The notes under the pieces are model-generated. The model did no database searches, was not told where the DNA came from, and was given only the letters and a program-made list of their open reading frames with translations. This document shows positions 37,401-46,446 of a stretch of 64,000 nt of DNA, piece after piece (position 1 is the first letter of the stretch; each line of letters starts with the position of its first letter). Location: assembly GCA_009777925.1 (NCBI GenBank), contig WRKX01000001.1:216-64215 (forward strand), in the 5' to 3' direction. The translations under genes and the position numbers were made by a program. This DNA is from Betaproteobacteria bacterium (lineage in GTDB: Bacteria; Pseudomonadota; Gammaproteobacteria; Burkholderiales; Rhodocyclaceae).

Positions 37401-40400
37401 TGTAGCAAACCGGGGTGAGAGAGGGAGCTACAACACCCGCCTTGCAAGCTGCTACGGTACGATTATTGTAGCAAACCGGGGTGAGAGAGGGAGCTACAAC
37501 CCTGCAAAAGCGCACCATGCTATTAGGTGAATTGTAGCAAACCGGGGTGAGAGAGGGAGCTACAACATACTGTATAATGCAGTTACAGGCGCGACAATTG
37601 TAGCAAACCGGGGTGAGAGAGGGAGCTACAACAGAATGGAAAAGATTCTGCCGGTACAACTGATTGTAGCAAACCGGGGTGAGAGAGGGAGCTACAACAT
37701 TTTTGTTAATACTTCGTTCACGACTTCGATTGTAGCAAACCGGGGTGAGAGAGGGAGCTACAACAGTATTTCACGTCCACCAGTATCCCGTAGAATTGTA
37801 GCAAACCGGGGTGAGAGAGGGAGCTACAACTCGCATTCACGCCACTCGGTAATAACCAGAATTGTAGCAAACCGGGGTGAGAGAGGGAGCTACAACAGCT
37901 CCGGCGATAATTCAACCGTCGGCCACATTGTAGCAAACCGGGGTGAGAGAGGGAGCTACAACTTCAAATAGTAATCGCCATTGTCTCGGCGAATTGTAGC
38001 AAACCGGGGTGAGAGAGGGAGCTACAACTTCAGGGGTTCTTCCGTTCTGCGTCTCCATATTGTAGCAAACCGGGGTGAGAGAGGGAGCTACAACCCCGCT
38101 GTCAAGGCTTGTCTTGGCAAGTCCATTGTAGCAAACCGGGGTGAGAGAGGGAGCTACAACACAATCCGGCGGACATCTCCACCATGCGATATTGTAGCAA
38201 ACCGGGGTGAGAGAGGGAGCTACAACGGGCGGCGATGGCGGACATATGCGCGGAAAATTGTAGCAAACCGGGGTGAGAGAGGGAGCTACAACGGGCAGGG
38301 TGGAGCTGCCTGAATTCCTGCATTGTAGCAAACCGGGGTGAGAGAGGGAGCTACAACGCGGGCGGCGCAGTCGAGTATGAAGGACGCATTGTAGCAAACC
38401 GGGGTGAGAGAGGGAGCTACAACAATTTCCGATAGCTGGTCGTCATTCCATTGATTGTAGCAAACCGGGGTGAGAGAGGGAGCTACAACCCGGCACGCCT
38501 TTCGTTGTAGCACGCGAAGATTGTAGCAAACCGGGGTGAGAGAGGGAGCTACAACGGGCTGGAGCAGGCCGGATAACGGAAGTGAATTGTAGCAAACCGG
38601 GGTGAGAGAGGGAGCTACAACGGTTTAATGTCGCTAGGGAATCTGGGCGAGATTGTAGCAAACCGGGGTGAGAGAGGGAGCTACAACCTTCAAGGCGCAA
38701 TAACACGCCCTCGAAAGATTGTAGCAAACCGGGGTGAGAGAGGGAGCTACAACTGGCGGGTACTTGCCCCAGGCGGCTAACGTATTGTAGCAAACCGGGG
38801 TGAGAGAGGGAGCTACAACTGGCGGGTACTTGCCCCAGGCGGCTAACGTATTGTAGCAAACCGGGGTGAGAGAGGGAGCTACAACAGAGGCGGGACAAGC
38901 CCGCCCCCTGTTTTCATTGTAGCAAACCGGGGTGAGAGAGGGAGCTACAACTGAGTTCATGACGATGCACTAGGATAAACAATTGTAGCAAACCGGGGTG
39001 AGAGAGGGAGCTACAACTCACAAATCGCGTTGATTTGTTCAGCAAGGATTGTAGCAAACCGGGGTGAGAGAGGGAGCTACAACGCGACGAGCTGCCCATG
39101 CACGACAAGACCGATTGTAGCAAACCGGGGTGAGAGAGGGAGCTACAACCTATCTGGAGTTCCGTCCAGCATACCAGCATTGTAGCAAACCGGGGTGAGA
39201 GAGGGAGCTACAACCGGGCGACGGTCGCGGGTCACGCAAGCATAATTGTAGCAAACCGGGGTGAGAGAGGGAGCTACAACCAAATATGGCACGAGGATAT
39301 GATGCAGTTAATTGTAGCAAACCGGGGTGAGAGAGGGAGCTACAACGTAATTGCTTGTGTCATGATGGTTCCTTCTATTGTAGCAAACCGGGGTGAGAGA
39401 GGGAGCTACAACACACGCCCCTACATACCCCTGCAACCTCAAATTGTAGCAAACCGGGGTGAGAGAGGGAGCTACAACGATTTATCCAATACTTGACGAA
39501 CCAGAAGAATTGTAGCAAACCGGGGTGAGAGAGGGAGCTACAACTGAACATGCGCTTCCACTTCCGATGCTTTATTGTAGCAAACCGGGGTGAGAGAGGG
39601 AGCTACAACCTGTTCAATACCGGCCTGCCGCGCTGCATAATTGTAGCAAACCGGGGTGAGAGAGGGAGCTACAACCCTGCAAAAGCGCACCATGCTATTA
39701 GGTGAATTGTAGCAAACCGGGGTGAGAGAGGGAGCTACAACCGGTTCATATTTATGAATCGTGCGAACAATATTGTAGCAAACCGGGGTGAGAGAGGGAG
39801 CTACAACACGGCTTGATAGCCATTGCAAAGCTGGAAGATTGTAGCAAACCGGGGTGAGAGAGGGAGCTACAACGCGGATAGCAAGTGAGCCAGCCTGTGT
39901 TATATTGTAGCAAACCGGGGTGAGAGAGGGAGCTACAACTCAATACGCGGGCTTGCGCTTGTCGTATTCATTGTAGCAAACCGGGGTGAGAGAGGGAGCT
40001 ACAACGCGGGAGGCGCAGTCGAGTATGAAGGACGCATTGTAGCAAACCGGGGTGAGAGAGGGAGCTACAACCGCGTTCTTCGCAAAACCTACAAGCGCGT
40101 CATTGTAGCAAACCGGGGTGAGAGAGGGAGCTACAACTGTTCTGCGTAGACCCCGGTCATAAGGAATATTGTAGCAAACCGGGGTGAGAGAGGGAGCTAC
40201 AACCGGGCGGATACCGGAAAATGACGGCGTGGAATTGTAGCAAACCGGGGTGAGAGAGGGAGCTACAACCCAGATGCCCGACTTCAACGCCCTGAATATA
40301 TTGTAGCAAACCGGGGTGAGAGAGGGAGCTACAACGTTTTATTGCTTGTTGTGTTCATGGTGCCAATTGTAGCAAACCGGGGTGAGAGAGGGAGCTACAA

Positions 40401-42184
40401 CACTTTGCAAAAGGTGATGGTTTGTGTTTTGATTGTAGCAAACCGGGGTGAGAGAGGGAGCTACAACTCGGAAAAGATGGGGCTATCAACCAAAGGGGAT
40501 TGTAGCAAACCGGGGTGAGAGAGGGAGCTACAACATGCGTGTACAGAACCTGATTCTGATGGTGATTGTAGCAAACCGGGGTGAGAGAGGGAGCTACAAC
40601 CGGCGGCACAAGCCGGATGGACTGCCGAAATTGTAGCAAACCGGGGTGAGAGAGGGAGCTACAACAACCGCCGGATAATCACGCGAAAACGCAACATTGT
40701 AGCAAACCGGGGTGAGAGAGGGAGCTACAACGCTTGTGAAATGACTAAAACCCCTGACTTTATTGTAGCAAACCGGGGTGAGAGAGGGAGCTACAACGCG
40801 CGGGTCTGAAGATGCAAGAGCGCGAACATTGTAGCAAACCGGGGTGAGAGAGGGAGCTACAACCGGGCGGAGCAATCAGATGGGGCGCGGCTGATTGTAG
40901 CAAACCGGGGTGAGAGAGGGAGCTACAACATAAGCGGCGATGATTCCGTCCCGAGCCTTATTGTAGCAAACCGGGGTGAGAGAGGGAGCTACAACGAACT
41001 GGTAGGTGGCACGGGCAGAGATTCGATTGTAGCAAACCGGGGTGAGAGAGGGAGCTACAACAAACGCCGTGGCTGCTGATAGCGCGACATCATTGTAGCA
41101 AACCGGGGTGAGAGAGGGAGCTACAACCGCGACATTGATGGCCTGACCGTCGAAATTAATTGTAGCAAACCGGGGTGAGAGAGGGAGCTACAACTATCTG
41201 GCGGAGCTAGGTTACTCACCTGTAATTGTAGCAAACCGGGGTGAGAGAGGGAGCTACAACAGCTCCGGCGATAATTCAACCGTCGGCCACATTGTAGCAA
41301 ACCGGGGTGAGAGAGGGAGCTACAACTCTTCTGCGTCGCTTGCTTTTTCGCAGCCGATTGTAGCAAACCGGGGTGAGAGAGGGAGCTACAACAGACCGGA
41401 CTCGAAAGATCATATGATTCCCATTGTAGCAAACCGGGGTGAGAGAGGGAGCTACAACTGTTCTGCGTAGACCCCGGTCATAAGGAATATTGTAGCAAAC
41501 CGGGGTGAGAGAGGGAGCTACAACGGCTTGCCTGAGGGCGCGGCGTTGCTCCGCATTGTAGCAAACCGGGGTGAGAGAGGGAGCTACAACGGTCATGGCT
41601 TAATCCTCCTGAACGAAATTATTGTAGCAAACCGGGGTGAGAGAGGGAGCTACAACTAGAACGTCTAGCGGCGTGTCGCTGGCTATATTGTAGCAAACCG
41701 GGGTGAGAGAGGGAGCTACAACATACGACAAGGCCGTACAGCTTGGGTTACGATTGTAGCAAACCGGGGTGAGAGATGGAGCTACAACGTTGGGCAATGC
41801 ACTTCCCGTCCCATGCCGATTGTAGCAAACCGGGGTGAGAGAGGGAGCTACAACCCTAATCTGCCTGAATCCGTAGGGGCGAACATTGTAGCAAACCGGG
41901 GTGAGAGAGGGAGCTACAACATGAGAGTTAAGCAAACCACCGTCTGAAGAATTGTAGCAAACCGGGGTGAGAGAGGGAGCTACAACGAAAGCCGTGAGAT
42001 TCGTTAGTTTCGTGCTATTGTAGCAAACCGGGGTGAGAGAGGGAGCTACAACCGCGTCTGAATCGCGCCCCAGAATTCCAAGATTGTAGCAAACCGGGGT
42101 GAGAGAGGGAGCTACAACACCAGCGTGAAAGTCCTGCCACATATTCCGATTGTAGCAAACCGGGGTGAGAGAGGGAGCTACAAC
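34431..42184 (-). CRISPR. Type II-C CRISPR array: 118 repeats of 36 bp, 117 spacers of 29-31 bp
   Basis: The plus-strand repeat is ATTGTAGCAAACCGGGGTGAGAGAGGGAGCTACAAC. Its reverse complement GTTGTAGCTCCCTCTCTCACCCCGGTTTGCTACAAT matches the N. meningitidis repeat (GTTGTAGCTCCCTTTCTCATTTCGCAGTGCTACAAT, from memory) at both ends, so the crRNA strand is inferred to be minus. I counted the spacers by hand. One variant repeat (G>T at 41777) is present. The many VVAPSLTPVCYN, CSSLSHPGLLQ and IVANRGERGSYN ORFs are translation artefacts of the repeat. Confidence 0.98.
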
Positions 42185-42300
42185 CATGAGGCCAAAAGTG
42201 ACAAGACGAGGCGCAGCATAATTAGTAAAAGATCGTTATCAAACCGAACTATAATCAATTAAAATCAATAAGATATAGTATAAACTTAAAGTATTACATT
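42185..42300 (-). promoter_or_regulatory. AT-rich flank at the cas-distal end of the array (putative leader); contains copy D of the dispersed AT-rich element
   Basis: ~115 bp of roughly 30% GC directly abuts the last repeat. The reverse complement of 42261-42297 is gtaatactttaagtttatactatatcttattgatttt, the core of the repeat also seen at 23.1, 24.6, 27.4, 55.0 and 63.5 kb. The leader assignment follows from the inferred minus-strand crRNA direction. Confidence 0.45.
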
Positions 42301-42549
42301 AGATCAGTTTAGCTTTAAGCGCGCACACTTTTTCTCCAAAGGTAAAGCAGTCACGGCGCGCTAAACCCCTCCCCCGACCCATCTCCCGCTTGCGGGAGAT
42401 GGGAGTAAAGCGCACTCCCAACTGTCTCGTTATCGTGTAATCGTTTCAGTTTGAAAAGCGCCAATTATGCTTTCAGCCCTTCTCCCGCAAGGAGAAAGGC
42501 TGAAAGGTCAGGGACAGGCGAAAAGGAAGGCGGGCTGAAACCGCTACCG

Positions 42550-42906
42550 CTACTTGCCGTTGCACTGCTCCTTATTGAGCAGGCCGCAGACCGTGTAGGC
42601 CACGGTGGTTGTGGTGATGTAGCCAAATCCGAACAGCACGGTAATCAGCCAGAAGTCTATGGGGCCTCCGGCATCCGTAAAGCCGGAGGATGAGGCAAGG
42701 GTAATCAGGATCACAAACAATACCCCGCCTGACACGCCGATTGCCTTAACGCGAGCCGAGGCTTGCCACATCCAGTTACGGTTGCGAAACGACTGGACGA
42801 CAAAAGCGACGCTGACGATAACCGCGAACAGAAACAAGGGCCAGAACCACCCTCCCAGCATCTCCTGAAACAGGAAGAAGAACGCGGACAACTCCATATC
42901 TTTCAT
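42550..42906 (-). CDS. Hypothetical membrane protein (3-4 TM), downstream of the FAD oxidoreductase
   Basis: A 118-aa hydrophobic ORF, 16 nt after the upstream gene's stop. Confidence 0.5.
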   Translation of the reverse strand: MKDMELSAFFFLFQEMLGGWFWPLFLFAVIVSVAFVVQSFRNRNWMWQASARVKAIGVSGGVLFVILITLASSSGFTDAGGPIDFWLITVLFGFGYITTTTVAYTVCGLLNKEQCNGK

Positions 42907-42921
42907 GTGTATTTCTCCGTT

Positions 42922-44265
42922 TCAGGCGCGCCCGCGCAACATGCTGAGATAGGTCGGCTTCAGACCCATCGTTTTGATGACCCATGTCGCCCACAACTCT
43001 TCCAGCGGCGCAATGATGCCGGGAAAAGAAGGCACGAGATTGTTATCGTAATCGAATTCCACCAGCATGGCGCGTCCCAGTCGGGTAATCAGGGGACAGG
43101 AGGTGTAACCATTATAGATTGCATCCGAAGTCTTGCCTCTGATGTCGGCCAGCAGATGATCAACGATCACAGGAACCTGCCATTTGACGCTGGCGGCGGT
43201 CTTCCCTTTGGAAACCCCGGCCACATCGCCCACCGCGAAAACTTCCGGGTAGCGAGGATGGCGCAAAGTAGCCTTGTCGACCTCGACCCAGCCTTCAGTC
43301 GCCCACTGACCCGTTTTCCATGACAAGGGGCTTTCCTTGACGGATTTGGGCGCGTGCATGGGAGGAACGACATTGATGAAGTCGTAGCTCTCGGTCTCCA
43401 TGCCTTCGGGAGTCTGAAAGGTGGCGACGCGCTTGCCGAGGTCAATGCTGATGAGCACCCGATCATAGTGTACGTCAATGCCGCGATCCAGAAAGAGCAT
43501 CCGCACCTTTTCGGAAACGATAGGCACGGAAAAGAGCGTTTGGTTTTGCGCCTTGTAAATCAGCCTGGCCTTGTCGCGTGTGCCGTTGCGGCGAAGGCGG
43601 TCATCGGTAATGAAAGCGTATTTGAGCGGAGCGCCCGCGCATTTCATCTCGGTGGCTGGACGCAGGAAAAGCCCTGTGCCGCCCTGCTCCATGAAACCCG
43701 TAAGGGCTTGCCAGGTGGCTGCCGCAGCTTCAGGCGAGTGGTAAATGCTGCCCATGCCGTTCCTGCCTATCATGCTGGTATCCATTCCGTCTATCAGGCC
43801 ATATTCGAGGGATAGCCCCGTAGCCACGATAAGATAGTCGTAGGATACGCGCTGGCCTTTATCGGTTACGACTGCTTTGGCGTCCGGGTCGAATTCCGCG
43901 ACGGAAGAAGAAATGAGCGAGGCGCCTTTGGGCAGGTAATCAGACGTGCGCGAAATTACGTAGTCCTTTGACTTGATACCGGCAGCAACCAGAGTGAATC
44001 CCGGCTGGTAATAGTGCTCGGCGCGGCTGTCAATCAGGGTGATTTCCGCTCCGTCAAGTCTTTGAAGCAGCCTTGATGCCGTACTCAGCCCGGCTGCCCC
44101 TGCGCCCACAATGACGATGCGCGCCTTGGACGCCGTTTTTTCCGCCGCGTACAGAGGTTCTGCGGATAGTCCCAGAATCCCTGCCGCGCCTGCCGCTCCT
44201 ACAGACAAAAGGAAATCACGGCGGCGCAAGTTGGGCGCATCGTCAGAAACAAAAGAAGCTGGCAT
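42922..44265 (-). CDS. FAD-dependent pyridine nucleotide-disulfide oxidoreductase, sulfide:quinone oxidoreductase / FccB-like, with a Tat signal
   Basis: The preferred start is ATG 44265: MPASFVSDDAPNLRRRDFLLSVGAAGAAGILG (twin-arginine motif). It is followed by the Rossmann motif RIVIVGAGAAGLSTA. The gene context is ArsR-type regulator, AhpD-like and DUF2892. Confidence 0.7.
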   Translation of the reverse strand: MPASFVSDDAPNLRRRDFLLSVGAAGAAGILGLSAEPLYAAEKTASKARIVIVGAGAAGLSTASRLLQRLDGAEITLIDSRAEHYYQPGFTLVAAGIKSKDYVISRTSDYLPKGASLISSSVAEFDPDAKAVVTDKGQRVSYDYLIVATGLSLEYGLIDGMDTSMIGRNGMGSIYHSPEAAAATWQALTGFMEQGGTGLFLRPATEMKCAGAPLKYAFITDDRLRRNGTRDKARLIYKAQNQTLFSVPIVSEKVRMLFLDRGIDVHYDRVLISIDLGKRVATFQTPEGMETESYDFINVVPPMHAPKSVKESPLSWKTGQWATEGWVEVDKATLRHPRYPEVFAVGDVAGVSKGKTAASVKWQVPVIVDHLLADIRGKTSDAIYNGYTSCPLITRLGRAMLVEFDYDNNLVPSFPGIIAPLEELWATWVIKTMGLKPTYLSMLRGRA

Positions 44266-44279
44266 GTCAGATTCCTCTG

Positions 44280-44489
44280 CTATTCTTTTTTCAGGGCGCA
44301 ACTGTCCGCTGAGCAGGCTTTGAAGCCCAGCAGGGTGTAGAGAGGACAAAAACGGATCAGTCCGGTAGCCAATGGAATGATACCCAGCCATCCCCACCAG
44401 CCTACGATACCGGTAGCGGCCAGGCCGACAAGCGCCAAGCCAAGGACGACGCGAAGAATGCGGTCAATGCCGCCAATGTTTGCTTTCAT
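44280..44489 (-). CDS. DUF2892 (YgaP-like) small membrane protein
   Basis: MKANIGGIDRILRVVLGLALVGLAATGIVGWWGWLGIIPLATGLIRFCPLY.. is the typical DUF2892 sequence. Confidence 0.75.
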   Translation of the reverse strand: MKANIGGIDRILRVVLGLALVGLAATGIVGWWGWLGIIPLATGLIRFCPLYTLLGFKACSADSCALKKE

Positions 44490-44513
44490 GGTATTTCTCC
44501 TTTGGATTCAGGG

Positions 44514-44912
44514 TTATTCGGAAATAAATTCGTCGAAGGCGCTCAAGGCTTCCGCCGCCCACATCATGGAAGGACCGCCGCCCATGAGCACAGCCATGCC
44601 CAGGGTATCGCCCACCTCTTCCCTCGTCGCGCCAAGTTTGGCAAGCGCCTGCGCGTGAAAGGCGACGCAGCCTTCGCAACGGGCGGCTACGCCCAGGGCA
44701 AGAGCTATCAATTCCTTGGTTTTGGCATCCAGCGCGCCGGACGCAGTGACCGTCTGTTGCAGGTCATGAAAACCTTTCATGGTCTCCGGCATGATCCCGC
44801 GCAAGCTCTTCAGTTTGACTCCGAGCGCCTTGGCGGCATCTCGGTATTGTTGGGGTGAATGACTCATTGTGACTCCTTTACAAAGCGCAGACCAGGCTGC
44901 TTTGGTAAACAA
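44514..44912 (-). CDS. Carboxymuconolactone decarboxylase / AhpD-like family protein
   Basis: ..KTKELIALALGVAARCEGCVAFHAQALAKLGATREEVGDTLGMAVLMGGGP.. contains the CxxC AhpD-core motif. Confidence 0.8.
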   Translation of the reverse strand: MFTKAAWSALCKGVTMSHSPQQYRDAAKALGVKLKSLRGIMPETMKGFHDLQQTVTASGALDAKTKELIALALGVAARCEGCVAFHAQALAKLGATREEVGDTLGMAVLMGGGPSMMWAAEALSAFDEFISE

Positions 44913-44945
44913 ACATCAGGCGTTGTCCGCCCGACAAGCAAAAAC

Positions 44946-45269
44946 TCATGAAGCGCAATAGATTTCGCAGAGCGCGCTGATGACGCGAACAGTATGTCCC
45001 TCCCGTACCCGGTAGTACACATACTTGCCCTTCTTTTCTGTCTCTACTATCCCTTCATGGCGCAAAACGCCCAGTTGCTGTGAAAGGGTCGGCTGAGTGA
45101 TGCCGGTCAACGCCTCCAGCTCGCCCACGTTTTTTTGCGTATCGCCCAAAGCGCAAAGCAACAAAAGACGGTCTTCGTTAGCCAGCGTTTTCAGGAGGGC
45201 GCACGCCTCGCGGGCATGAGCGCGTAGCAATTCTCCATCAAGAGCGTGTTGAGATGCGAAATCAGACAT
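44946..45269 (-). CDS. ArsR/SmtB-family transcriptional regulator (BigR-like context)
   Basis: ..LKTLANEDRLLLLCALGDTQKNVGELEALTGITQPTLSQQLGVLRHEGIV.. is a wHTH of the ArsR family. Confidence 0.85.
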   Translation of the reverse strand: MSDFASQHALDGELLRAHAREACALLKTLANEDRLLLLCALGDTQKNVGELEALTGITQPTLSQQLGVLRHEGIVETEKKGKYVYYRVREGHTVRVISALCEIYCAS

Positions 45270-45482
45270 AGTGCGGTATCCAACAGTTTCAACAAATATA
45301 TTATATTTTTTTATATAAAGTCAACAACAAATTTGTAACAGACTTGCAACTTGCCGCCCCCCACACAGCCGGTTGTACGAAAACTTTCGCCGGAAAACCC
45401 ACCGCCTCCCTAGCAGGCACAGTAATACTCACCATCTTTGCAGGCATCGCAGAATTTGAACTCTCCCCTGAGCGGCTTTGGT

Positions 45483-45698
45483 TTAATCTTGTGCAGAATA
45501 CAGAGATTTTTGCTGGATTACCGTTTCATCGGGAATCACGAACGGAAAAGATGTATCAGAGTGAGTAGCAGGAGCATGACTATGGCAGAAAAAACACGAC
45601 CACACTTCGGTTGGCTCTCCCGTTATTGCTGACCTGTCCTCACTGCAACCCAGCAAACCTAAAGAGATCATGATACACAATACAAGAAACTTGCTCAT
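45483..45698 (-). CDS. Small lipoprotein (T4SS-associated Eex/VirB7-like position)
   Basis: MSKFLVLCIMISLGLLGCSE.. contains a lipobox (LLGC). Its ATG overlaps the TAA of the VirB5-like fragment (TAATG). Confidence 0.45.
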   Translation of the reverse strand: MSKFLVLCIMISLGLLGCSEDRSAITGEPTEVWSCFFCHSHAPATHSDTSFPFVIPDETVIQQKSLYSAQD

Positions 45699-45983
45699 TA
45701 CACACCTCGCCGCTCTTCCGGCAGGTAGTGATGATACCCAGGATCGTTCATGACGCTGCCCATGCCCCGAACTTCGGTCATAGCCTTGTACGTATTTTCC
45801 AACTGTTCAAGCTGCGCCATGAACATTTCATAATCCTTGATCATCTGCGCGATCTGCTGCGCGGAATTTTACACGGTTGTTCCGATGTGCGCCCAATCTA
45901 TCACCAGAATCCAACCGGCACGTCCAATTGCAGAGAATACCGCTAAAACAGCAACAAAAGCAAGTCTGGAAAGAGTTTTATGT
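45698..45983 (-). pseudogene. VirB5/TrbJ-like type IV secretion protein remnant (truncated, with an in-frame stop)
   Basis: The minus-strand frame reads ..LSRLAFVAVLAVFSAIGRAGWILVIDWAHIGTTV*NSAQQIAQMIKDYEMFMAQLEQLENTYKAMTEVRGMGSVMND... It has a signal-like segment, an (I/P)V(I)D motif and a Q/E-rich coiled segment ending in ..RG.G, resembling my recollection of VirB5-family N-termini. There is no start codon, an internal TAA is present, and the protein is cut to ~95 codons. Confidence 0.35.
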
Positions 45984-46124
45984 CAGTATCCCAAAAAGTA
46001 TGCAAAACAACAACAATCATCTCATGGCGTAATGGTTCTTTAATTTGACACCATCTTTCGACCCGTGTAGGCTATGCGCCGTTCTGTCCTGTTCTACGAT
46101 TTTCCGTAATGCGGGGCGGAACAA

Positions 46125-46315
46125 AATTTTCGCAATCTGGTGCCGCTGGCCTTTCTGGTCGGTGGTTAAACGGGAAAGCGGTGCGCGTCCTGGACGCAAT
46201 GCCGCTGCTGCCCCCGCAACGGTAAGCGAGTGAGGATTCGCCTTCATGCCACTGGGCGTTTTTGCCTGGGAAGGCGGCGAATCAAGACTTGCAAGCCCGG
46301 ATACCGGCCCGATGC
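46125..46315 (+). promoter_or_regulatory. Cobalamin (B12) riboswitch upstream of btuB
   Basis: Conserved core elements are present: GGTGCC..GGTTAAACGGGAAAGCGGTGCG..CCGCTGCTGCCCCCGCAACGGTAAGC..GCCACTGGG..CTGGGAAGGCGGCG. The B12 box AAGCCCGGATACCGGCC is at 46292-46309. Confidence 0.85.
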
Positions 46316-46446
46316 GAACCGATGGAAGTGTCGCGGGGCGCGGCGCTCCGGTTCTCATGGCCGGGGCGTTGTTCAATCCACGCGGTATCTCCCTTTTTCA
46401 CCATAAATTCCGGTTTGCGGGGACGCAAGACCGGATGGAGATTGCC

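Noticed and set aside
34297-42187. Dozens of 60-210-aa ORFs on both strands with the recurring peptides VVAPSLTPVCYN, CSSLSHPGLLQ and IVANRGERGSYN
   Set aside because: They are translations of the 36-bp CRISPR repeat in different frames. The periodicity is 66 nt (22 codons), so frames stay open by chance. They are not genes.
45345-45480. A Cys-rich minus-strand reading ..KFCDACKDGEYYCAC* suggesting a tiny metallothionein-like or RiPP-like peptide
   Set aside because: There is no ATG or GTG start after the upstream in-frame stop, no RBS, and the open stretch is only about 30 codons. The evidence is insufficient.
46017-46376. A 119-aa minus-strand ORF and the N-terminal 67 codons of the ORF-track btuB model (46246-46446)
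   Set aside because: Both overlap the cobalamin riboswitch. btuB is better started at ATG 46447, which is directly followed by a signal peptide.
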